From contig CAVOJR010000001.1 of the NCBI GenBank assembly GCA_963696295.1, positions 3,120,095 through 3,184,094 on the forward strand: DNA of 64,000 nucleotides, in the 5' to 3' direction. Made by a program: the position numbers and the translations under genes. The first letter of the stretch is position 1. Each line of letters begins with the position of its first letter. Shown piece after piece: positions 52,524 through 60,187 of this stretch. The stretch is from an uncultured Chlamydiae bacterium (GTDB taxonomy: Bacteria; Chlamydiota; Chlamydiia; Chlamydiales; JAJFMB01). The notes under the pieces are model-generated. The model was not told the origin of the DNA. It saw only the letters and a program-made list of their open reading frames with translations, and made no database searches.

Positions 52524-53732
52524 TTAAAACTTTTTTACCAAAACCGTAATATTGTCTTCCGATCCGGCTCCAAGAGCACGGATGGCTATATTACAGGCTA
52601 TCTGGGATAAAGAGAGCCCCCGTTCGACTGAGCTCAGCACCAGCTCGCCTACCTGATTCGAAGAAGCCACGTCGAAAACCCCGTCGCAAGCCTGCACGAG
52701 ATAGCAATGCTCCCGATTTTTGGGAAGGGAAAATTTTGAAATAACAGGTCTTGGACACATCGCTCCCCTCAAGTGGTGATCCCCTAAACCGCGGCCCGGC
52801 GCGATCGAATAGGGGCTTAAAGGATGCAAAATCCTGTTGTCATCCGAGATCGCCCCGCCGCGCCCTTCGATGACATCCCGGTTTTGTTCCGGCTTTTGAT
52901 CCTGGCTTAATTGGAAAGTATCATCGGGTGTCACAAAAATAGCCCGTGAATCCCCCAAGTTTACCACCCATAACGCCTCTCCGATCTGGAGGCAGATATT
53001 GGCCGTGGTACCCTCTATTTCACCCTGAAATGCGCGGTTGATATCTGCAAGAGTCAAGTTGATGGCGTTATAGATCCTTAAGTCTTTGTCTTTGAAAGGG
53101 AGGCTGTTATCGTTGAACCGCTCGGCAAATTTTGCGATAAACGCCCTCTTGGCATAATCAGAGCAGGCTTTCCCTCCATGACCATCGAAAACCGCGCTGT
53201 AGGGAACCTCGGCCGGGATCGAATTCAGGCTCATCAGAATTAAAGCTGCTTCATGCGCGTCTTCCATCTCATTTCTTAACCCTATCGTAGAAGCTATGCC
53301 GGATCCGTTTTCCGTATGGAAATAGATTCTCGCCTCCCCAAAAAAGACGGGAACGTCAACAGATCCTTTTTGCTCGTGCAGCCTGATGGCGTCAGTGAGA
53401 AAACTGCTTTGGTACCCCTTGTCTCTCAGTTTATCGGCATTCTCCAGATTCTCTTGAAGCTCTTTTTTCACTTCCTTGCCGTCGAAGCAAACCTGGTAAT
53501 CGAGGTTATCCAATACTTTTATCTGCCAGGGCAATAGATCGTCTGAAATTATTTTTGGCAGGGGAATTTGCTTGCTGTGCACAAAGTGGAAATGAATTTT
53601 GCCGGAAAAATCTTCGAAGGTCTTTTCCTCGATAACCCGCGCGGCCGGAAAATCAGGCTTAGCCGCCTTTTTGGGACACATAGGAACATCCTTTTTAACT
53701 ATAGTAATAAACATTTTATTTTTTTTTTGCAA
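52524..53732 (-). CDS. PP2C-family Ser/Thr phosphatase with ~130-aa N-terminal extension
   Basis: RNEMEDAH, AVFDGHGG, LGDSRA, ACDGVFDV, GSEDNITVLV. Confidence 0.88.
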   Translation of the reverse strand: MQKKNKMFITIVKKDVPMCPKKAAKPDFPAARVIEEKTFEDFSGKIHFHFVHSKQIPLPKIISDDLLPWQIKVLDNLDYQVCFDGKEVKKELQENLENADKLRDKGYQSSFLTDAIRLHEQKGSVDVPVFFGEARIYFHTENGSGIASTIGLRNEMEDAHEAALILMSLNSIPAEVPYSAVFDGHGGKACSDYAKRAFIAKFAERFNDNSLPFKDKDLRIYNAINLTLADINRAFQGEIEGTTANICLQIGEALWVVNLGDSRAIFVTPDDTFQLSQDQKPEQNRDVIEGRGGAISDDNRILHPLSPYSIAPGRGLGDHHLRGAMCPRPVISKFSLPKNREHCYLVQACDGVFDVASSNQVGELVLSSVERGLSLSQIACNIAIRALGAGSEDNITVLVKKF

Positions 53733-53759
53733 TTGGTGAAAAAAAATAATGCCTGTATA

Positions 53760-55214
53760 ATGCCGGGCATGAATCGAGTTTTGCTGGCCTTTCTGCTTTT
53801 TTTGGAACCCCTTTCAGCTCTTGACCCCGATGTTCCCCTGTTTTATAGGGGCAGGATCCATCCGGCCAGCGCGTACGCCGCCCTTTTTCTCGAGCCTTTC
53901 TCCCAAAAGGAAAACCTGGAGACGCTCTGGCGCATGCATTTTTTAGGAGACGAGGAGCGTCCCATTTTCAAGGTTCGCGATCCGGCGCTGCGAAAAAAGT
54001 TTAAAACCTCCCTTTTCAGCTACAATCAAATAAAAGATTTACCTGAATTAAAGGAGCCGATCCGACTCTATACCCAATTTTCCAGCTCCTCCTTTTTGGC
54101 CCTTCCCTGCAGGGGAGAATGGCGCTCTCTTAAAGCCTTGAAAAACTCCGAATTTAATTTCACCCTCTATTCCGATGCGGATTTCAGCGAAATTCAGAAG
54201 ACCTATCTTTTATTGGAGCGGGCTTATAAAAACGGGGATCTGACCGAAATCAAACAGCAGAACAGATCCTTGTCCACCCTTTTAAAAAAAGCCTACGCCT
54301 CCCTTGCCGGAAAACCGATGCAAAAAGCGCATGGCAAAGCGCTTTTCTATCCCACCACCGCCCAGCTTTATGCCGAAGGAGCGCTCTTTCGGATCCCCTT
54401 TCTCGAAGGGATACTCCTGCTTTATTTGCTAAGTCTTTGGCGTAAGCCCCCCTTTTTTGCCGCGTTCGCCCTTCTCACCGCCTTTTTGGGGCTCCGCTGC
54501 TACATCCTTAACCGCCCTCCCGTGAGCAATATGTATGAGACGCTGGTCTATGTCCCCTGGATCATCAGCGCCGCCGGACTTCTTTTCTACGCCCTTCAAA
54601 AAAAGCCCATCATCTTAAAAACCTCTGCGATCTCTTCCTCTTTTTTACTCCTGATCCTGCTTTTGGGACCTTTGGCAGACAAGCTGGAGAATGTGCAGGC
54701 GGTTTTGGACTCCCAGTATTGGCTGACGGTGCATGTGCTGATGGTGGTAGGCAGTTACGGCTTTTTTATCTTGAGCGGAGTCTTAGCCCACCTGGCGCTC
54801 TATAGAGATGAACTCGCAAAAACCGTTTTGCACTCCCTTTACATCGGCACGGGATTATTGATTGTCGGAACGATTCTCGGCGGAGTGTGGGCAGCCCAAA
54901 GCTGGGGCCGTTTCTGGGACTGGGACCCCAAAGAGTCATGGGCTTTTATCTCTGCTTGCATCTATTTGATCCTCATACACCTGTATCGCTTTAAACACAT
55001 CGGCAACTACGGACTTTGCCTCGGAGCGATTCTAGGCTTGCAAGCGATTATCTTTACATGGTATGGAGTGAATTATATTTTGGGAACAGGACTGCACAGC
55101 TACGGATTCGGATCGGGCGGCAAGGGGATTTATTCTCTTTTTGTCCTCTTGGAAATGGCGTTTATCATTCTGAATTTGTCTTTTAATCGGAAGCGTGCTA
55201 AAATATTGCCCTAA
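53760..55214 (+). CDS. ccsA: Cytochrome c biogenesis protein CcsA/ResC (system II haem handling)
   Basis: Trp-rich motif WGRFWDWDPKESWAF, conserved His-containing TM helices, signal-like N-terminus MPGMNRVLLAFLLFL. Start moved from the listed 53568, which would overlap the divergent PP2C gene, to ATG 53760. Confidence 0.85.
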   Translation: MPGMNRVLLAFLLFLEPLSALDPDVPLFYRGRIHPASAYAALFLEPFSQKENLETLWRMHFLGDEERPIFKVRDPALRKKFKTSLFSYNQIKDLPELKEPIRLYTQFSSSSFLALPCRGEWRSLKALKNSEFNFTLYSDADFSEIQKTYLLLERAYKNGDLTEIKQQNRSLSTLLKKAYASLAGKPMQKAHGKALFYPTTAQLYAEGALFRIPFLEGILLLYLLSLWRKPPFFAAFALLTAFLGLRCYILNRPPVSNMYETLVYVPWIISAAGLLFYALQKKPIILKTSAISSSFLLLILLLGPLADKLENVQAVLDSQYWLTVHVLMVVGSYGFFILSGVLAHLALYRDELAKTVLHSLYIGTGLLIVGTILGGVWAAQSWGRFWDWDPKESWAFISACIYLILIHLYRFKHIGNYGLCLGAILGLQAIIFTWYGVNYILGTGLHSYGFGSGGKGIYSLFVLLEMAFIILNLSFNRKRAKILP

Positions 55215-55300
55215 AAATATTGAAAAAAATGACCCTTTTAAACAATAATTAACTATACGGGTGCGAGAAACCTGCCCCATTGGTAAGAGCAAAAAAAGAT

Positions 55301-55762
55301 ATGAGAACGATTAAGAGTGAACGATTAAAAAAATTGGAAGCAGAGCTGAACGATCTCCAGCAATGGTTGAAACTCGGTTTGGTTCCGAAAAAAGACATCG
55401 ACAAACATAAAGAAGAGATCGAAGCTGTCCTCGGGAAAATTGACGAGGAAAAAGAACGCCTCCAATTCCTTAAAGAAAGCGGTGAAGCTGAAGAGTACAT
55501 TGCTCCAAAACGCAACCCGACCCGCGCAGGCTATACTGAAATGCCAACGGGCTTAGATATGGACATGGGAGAAACCGGCGGGCTGACCGAAACTGGTTTC
55601 GACATGGAATCGGAAAACACCGAAAGCTCCATCATCGAAGAGCGGGAAGAAGTTGAAGAAGAGGGAAGCACCGAGACGCTTGATGAAGAAACCGACTTTT
55701 TCAGCGAAAGGCGAAACCGCTGGGGCAAAGGTATTGTGGACCCAGACGCCGACGAATGGTAG
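55301..55762 (+). CDS. Hypothetical acidic protein
   Basis: ATG at 55301 is preferred over the listed TTG at 55280. Coiled-coil N-terminus, and the C-terminal third is strongly D/E-rich. Overlaps the hemW start by 7 nt. Confidence 0.6.
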   Translation: MRTIKSERLKKLEAELNDLQQWLKLGLVPKKDIDKHKEEIEAVLGKIDEEKERLQFLKESGEAEEYIAPKRNPTRAGYTEMPTGLDMDMGETGGLTETGFDMESENTESSIIEEREEVEEEGSTETLDEETDFFSERRNRWGKGIVDPDADEW

Positions 55763-56877
55763 AAAACGGCCTCAGCCTCTACTTTCATATCCCTTTCTGC
55801 ACAAAAAAGTGTCCCTATTGTCATTTCTATGTGCTGCCTGACCTTGAGCGTTTCCATAATTTATTGCTGGAAGGTCTTGAGCTCGAATGGCAAAGATATA
55901 AGGAGCTCATTTCTGCCCATACGATCCGGACAATCTACTTTGGGGGAGGCACCCCTTCGCTTCTGAAAACTGAAGAAGTGGCAGAGCTGCTTCAGATGAT
56001 CCGGAACACGCACTCTATTGACGATATTGAAATCACTTTGGAAGCCAATCCCGAATTGATGACCGAGGAGAAACTGAAGGCCTTGCGCGCGCTCGGCATC
56101 AATCGTCTGAGTTTCGGCGTCCAGTCCTTCGATGAAAAGCTTCTGACGCTTCTCGGCCGCACCCATTCAGCCCATCAGGCCAAAGAGGCGATTCAAATGG
56201 CTGACAAGGCCGGCTTTAAAAATATCTCGCTCGATTTGATGTACGATCTTCCCCACCAGACTTTTGCCGCCTATGAAAACTCGCTCACACAGGCTCTCGA
56301 GCTGCCGATTACCCACCTCTCCCTCTATAACCTCACCATTGAGCCCCATACTTCCTTTTTTAAACATAAAAGTTCTCTGACCCCCCACATACCCGATCAG
56401 GAGACGAGCCTGCAGATGTACCGCCTGTCGCAAGAAGCGGCCAAAGCAGCCGGTTTTGAACAATACGAAATTTCTGCCTTCGCCAAGCCCGGATTTTCCT
56501 CAAAGCATAACAGCGGGTATTGGATGGGCACCCCCTTTCTTGGCCTTGGCCCGTCCGCCTTCAGCTACTATGAGGGCAGGCGCTTTCGCAATATCGCCAA
56601 TATTAACCGCTACAAGGGAGCACTGGCCAAAGGGGAGTCCCCGGTCGATTTCGAGGAGGAGCTTTCCCCGGAAAACCGTCTAAAAGAATTGCTCGCCATC
56701 CAGCTCCGCCTGATTTGCGGGGTCGATCTGGAGGCCTTTCCCCCCTTGCCGCCCGAAACCCAAAAAGGGATCAGCCGGTTAATCGATCTGCAGTTGCTGA
56801 AGAGGGAAAAAAATATTCTCTCTTTGACCGGGCAGGGAATTTTGCTCTACGATTCCGTAGCGACGGAAATAATTTAA
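55756..56877 (+). CDS. hemW: Radical SAM haem chaperone / coproporphyrinogen III oxidase-like HemW
   Basis: LYFHIPFCTKKCPYCHFY (CxxxCxxC), GGGTPS, and the HemN C-terminal domain. Confidence 0.88.
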   Translation: MVENGLSLYFHIPFCTKKCPYCHFYVLPDLERFHNLLLEGLELEWQRYKELISAHTIRTIYFGGGTPSLLKTEEVAELLQMIRNTHSIDDIEITLEANPELMTEEKLKALRALGINRLSFGVQSFDEKLLTLLGRTHSAHQAKEAIQMADKAGFKNISLDLMYDLPHQTFAAYENSLTQALELPITHLSLYNLTIEPHTSFFKHKSSLTPHIPDQETSLQMYRLSQEAAKAAGFEQYEISAFAKPGFSSKHNSGYWMGTPFLGLGPSAFSYYEGRRFRNIANINRYKGALAKGESPVDFEEELSPENRLKELLAIQLRLICGVDLEAFPPLPPETQKGISRLIDLQLLKREKNILSLTGQGILLYDSVATEII

Positions 56878-56879
56878 TA

Positions 56880-57416
56880 TTACTTCTTTTTCGAAGGGAG
56901 TTTGAATTCTTTCCCGTCCGCCACAAAAACCCCATTGCCCCAATGGTGGATGGTGCGGGGCCGTTTTTTCGAGGGAGTGATCCAGGCCTTGACAACCTCA
57001 AGGATAAAGATGTTGTACTTCTCGGTCATCTTCATATCGGTCACCCGGCATTCCAGATTGGCAAAGCACTCCTTGATAAGCGGGGCTTGCACCAGCTCCG
57101 CCGGCTCTTGAGTGAGCTGGAACTTCTTGAACTTGTCGACCCGTTTGCCGGAGATGTTGCCCACGCCGACGACCTGCTCAGCCAGATCCTCTGTCGGGAT
57201 GTTGATCACGCACTCTTTGGTCTCTTTCAAGATCTCGAAGGTGTAATTGCGGTTGCTGATCACGCAAGCGACCATAGGCGGCTCAAAATCGATCATCATA
57301 TGCCAGGACATCGTCATGACATTGGCTTTTTCCTTGCGCGCCGTCGAGACCATGACCACCGGGCCCGGCTCGAGCAACTGGTAGACTTTTGAGAGCGGCA
57401 ATGCTTTTTTGACCAT
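56880..57416 (-). CDS. Flavin reductase-like FMN-binding protein
   Basis: LLEPGPVVMVSTA...NVMTMSWHM...P.VACVIS..NYTFE.I. is typical of the flavin_reduct split-barrel family. Confidence 0.8.
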   Translation of the reverse strand: MVKKALPLSKVYQLLEPGPVVMVSTARKEKANVMTMSWHMMIDFEPPMVACVISNRNYTFEILKETKECVINIPTEDLAEQVVGVGNISGKRVDKFKKFQLTQEPAELVQAPLIKECFANLECRVTDMKMTEKYNIFILEVVKAWITPSKKRPRTIHHWGNGVFVADGKEFKLPSKKK

Positions 57417-57515
57417 GAGTTACTCCAATCTGCTTCAAAGTCACCGGCGGCGGATCCTATCAGCCCAATAACGGACATGTTCAAGGGAATAACATGAGTT
57501 TTTTAGCTTGTCAAA

Positions 57516-57931
57516 CTATACAACCAATCTGGTAAATAGAACCTTCACGCGAGCCTGAAGGTTGTACGACTTGTCGAGCTCAAGCTATACAACCACTCTG
57601 GTAAATAGCACCTTCAAGCGAGCCTGAAGGTTGTACGACTTGTCGAGCTCAAGCTATACAACCAATCTGGTAAATAGAACCTTCACGCGAGCCTGAAGGT
57701 TGTACGACTTGTCGAGCTCAAGCTATACAACCACTCTGGTAAATAGAACCTTCAAGCGAGCCTGAAGGTTGTACGACTTGTCGAGCTCAAGCTATACAAC
57801 CACTCTGGTAAATAGCACCTTCAAGCGAGCCTGAAGGGCGGGATGTACTTGTCGAGCTCAAGCTATACAACCACTCTGGTAAATAGCACCTTCACGCGAG
57901 CCTGAAGGGCGGGGTTGTACGTGTCGAGCTT
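57516..57931 (-). repeat. Tandem array of 6 copies (69, 69, 69, 69, 71, 69 bp) of the 3' terminus plus TAG stop of the 131-aa ORF
   Basis: CTATACAACC recurs at 57516, 57585, 57654, 57723, 57792 and 57863. The last unit is the genuine gene end (YKLDTYNPALQARVKVLFTRVVV*). Each unit contains the hairpin ACCTTCA-N8-TGAAGGT. Confidence 0.92.
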
Positions 57932-58258
57932 GTATTTTGTATTTGCCAGGTCCCGGCCGGAATAGAGAATGTCCAAGGCTGCGTCCCTGCGAGGCGGCGA
58001 GTTAAATTGGCAATCCACAACGTTTCCCCTATAGGTATAGAAACGGTTTGCTCCATTTTTACCAACCTGTTGGATGGTACAATAAAAAGCGTTGCTTTGC
58101 CCGCCCCTGGCATAAGCTGCCTCAAATAGTTTAAAAAGAGTTGTCGGCTCTACGACATCGGTAAGCGGGGCGGTGGATCTGGGCGAGCCCGCCATTAAGT
58201 TTGACTGTACTGTGATATAATAGTCGTTTTCTGCAGTGCGGATGGTAGGTATAGACAT
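57863..58258 (-). CDS. Hypothetical 131-aa protein
   Basis: ORF divergent from the first CPAF-like gene. No motif recognised. Its 3' end is the founder unit of the downstream array. Confidence 0.6.
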   Translation of the reverse strand: MSIPTIRTAENDYYITVQSNLMAGSPRSTAPLTDVVEPTTLFKLFEAAYARGGQSNAFYCTIQQVGKNGANRFYTYRGNVVDCQFNSPPRRDAALDILYSGRDLANTKYKLDTYNPALQARVKVLFTRVVV

Positions 58259-58416
58259 AAAAGGCTCCTTTAGTGTTTCGTTTGCTGAAATATATTAACA
58301 CGCGGCCTGAAAAAAGGGTAGGAAATTCTTTGTTTTGAAAGTTTATGTCATTCTCTTTTGAATTGCTAAAAATAACTCATTTATTTTACAATTATTAAAA
58401 TTAATGAGAGGTATTT

Positions 58417-60180
58417 ATGAAAAATTTTCTATTTGCTTTTATTGCAGTGCTATTTTTTAGCGCGGCCTGGGCTGATGATTCTACCGTAAAAGCGATGATC
58501 CACGATCTGGAAGTCGCCAAATACCAATATGAGACCAAATACGCGCCAAAGGCGTGGAAAAAAGAGCGCTATGGCTGGAGCCTGGAGGAAAGCTTTTTGA
58601 CCGCTAAAAGAAGGATCGAAACAGAAAGACCTCAAACGATCAAAGAATATCAAAAAATCTTTAGAGATTTCATCTTCTCAACAAATGATTATCACGTTAA
58701 CGTTCGTTTCTATTCCACCGGCATCAGCTGGTTTCCCATGAAGATCAGAGGATTCCAGAACCGCTATTATATTGCCAATGATTTGAGTCCGACCCCGCAG
58801 AAAGTCCGCCTCTTTAACACTGAGGAGATCGATTGGGAAGCCTATGACGAAACCCTGGAAAAATTAATCCCCGGCAGTGAAATCCTCGCCATCGACGGAA
58901 AGCCTGTCGCCCAGGCGATTGAAGAGATCATCGACGATAAATTGGGCGGGGATCGCACTCCTACAGGATTTTCTCTCGCAGAACTTATGATTTTCACCCG
59001 CGCAGAATCGGAGGCTGAAACATTCACGATTACCGTAAAAAATGATGATGAAGTCGAAGTATTGACTCTCCCATGGGTGAGAGTGCCGGAATGGATCAAA
59101 GAGCAGCCTCTTAAAGCGGCTGATCCTGAATTCCTGGAGGCCAGCTTCAATTTGACTAAGGGAAAAAAGAATCCAAAAAAGGCTATGGAAGCCATCGGTA
59201 AACTCCTTCGCAAGGACTATAGCATCAAAAATGTGCAGCCTTTGCTGTTCCAAAAGTTTGACGCTGAGGAAACTCAAAAAGACCGGCGCGAAAAAGGGTT
59301 TTTACCTGAGCTTGGCGACCTGTTATGGGAAACAGATAAAGACCAGGAGCTCTACGCCTATCTCTATAAAAATAAAAAAGGCCGCAAAATCGGGTACATT
59401 TACCTTGAGAGCTTCGATCCTTTCGACGCCGAAGCCATGGTAGAAGAGCTGATCGAAGCCATCGCTTTTTTGGAAAAGGAGTCTGATGCGCTGGTTTTTG
59501 ACATCTCGAATAATCCGGGCGGCGATCCCTTTTATCTCTATGCGGTTTTATCCACTCTGACCGATAAGCCCCTGGCTTGCCCCACCCAAAGAGAAACCTT
59601 AATCCAGGAAGATTTGTATGACTATATCCTCTTGCAACAGCTTGTTGAATGGCTGGTGAAATGGGGCGCTGAAGAAGAAGAAGGGGTTTCGCCGAATTTA
59701 TCCGGCTTTGTCATCGACGAGACTGTGATTCAAGAGATCCAGCAATACACCCGGTCTCTTTTAAAGAATTGGGAATCGGGCAAAAGATTATCCGAGCCTC
59801 TTTACTTATATGGAATTCCTGAAATCAGACCCCACCCTAAAGCCCATTACACCAAACCCATTCTTGTTTTGATCAACGAGCTCGATTTTTCCTGCGCCGA
59901 TATTTTTCCTGCCATCTTGCAGGACAATCAAAGAGCCGTGCTTTTTGGCAAAAAAACAGCCGGAGCCGGCGGTTATGTGAGACCCTACCAGCACACCAGC
60001 CGGTTTGGCATCGCCTCCTACTCTATCACCGGTTCCATTTTAACCAGAACCAATGGAGAGGTCCTTGAAAACTTGGGCGTATCGCCTGATATTCCTTATG
60101 AAATATCACTAAGGGATATTCAGGAAAATTATGCCGATTATATTCAAAAAGTGAATAAAGAAATCAACAAATTAATATAG
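58417..60180 (+). CDS. CPAF-like S41 serine protease, paralog 1
   Basis: Signal peptide MKNFLFAFIAVLFFSAAWA. Matches my recollection of C. trachomatis CPAF: KYAPKAWKKERYGW (CPAF VKYAPKTWKEQYLGW), NDYHVNV (His), DISNNPGGDPFYLYAVLSTLTDKPL, KPILVLINELDFSCADIFP (Ser), KKTAGAGGYV, LENLGVSPD (Glu). Confidence 0.88.
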   Translation: MKNFLFAFIAVLFFSAAWADDSTVKAMIHDLEVAKYQYETKYAPKAWKKERYGWSLEESFLTAKRRIETERPQTIKEYQKIFRDFIFSTNDYHVNVRFYSTGISWFPMKIRGFQNRYYIANDLSPTPQKVRLFNTEEIDWEAYDETLEKLIPGSEILAIDGKPVAQAIEEIIDDKLGGDRTPTGFSLAELMIFTRAESEAETFTITVKNDDEVEVLTLPWVRVPEWIKEQPLKAADPEFLEASFNLTKGKKNPKKAMEAIGKLLRKDYSIKNVQPLLFQKFDAEETQKDRREKGFLPELGDLLWETDKDQELYAYLYKNKKGRKIGYIYLESFDPFDAEAMVEELIEAIAFLEKESDALVFDISNNPGGDPFYLYAVLSTLTDKPLACPTQRETLIQEDLYDYILLQQLVEWLVKWGAEEEEGVSPNLSGFVIDETVIQEIQQYTRSLLKNWESGKRLSEPLYLYGIPEIRPHPKAHYTKPILVLINELDFSCADIFPAILQDNQRAVLFGKKTAGAGGYVRPYQHTSRFGIASYSITGSILTRTNGEVLENLGVSPDIPYEISLRDIQENYADYIQKVNKEINKLI

Positions 60181-60187
60181 GTAAATC

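Noticed and set aside
53568-53759. Upstream extension of ccsA given in the ORF track
   Set aside because: It would overlap the divergent PP2C coding region by ~165 nt and encodes no signal or TM features. ATG 53760 directly precedes a signal-like hydrophobic segment.
57792-57865. Programmed stop-codon readthrough extending the 131-aa protein through the array
   Set aside because: The unit adjacent to the gene is 71 bp, so the gene frame hits TGA 13 codons after the genuine TAG. In the resB array the units are 68 bp, not a multiple of three.
57516-57931. CRISPR array interpretation of the 69-bp tandem units (and likewise of 40650-41024)
   Set aside because: The units abut directly with no unique spacers. 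They are copies of the adjacent gene's coding end. No cas genes are in the window.
57516-57931. Diversity-generating retroelement (template/variable repeat pair at a gene 3' end)
   Set aside because: No reverse transcriptase gene is nearby. There are six copies rather than a TR/VR pair. The three variable sites are G/T on the coding strand, not adenine-specific substitutions.
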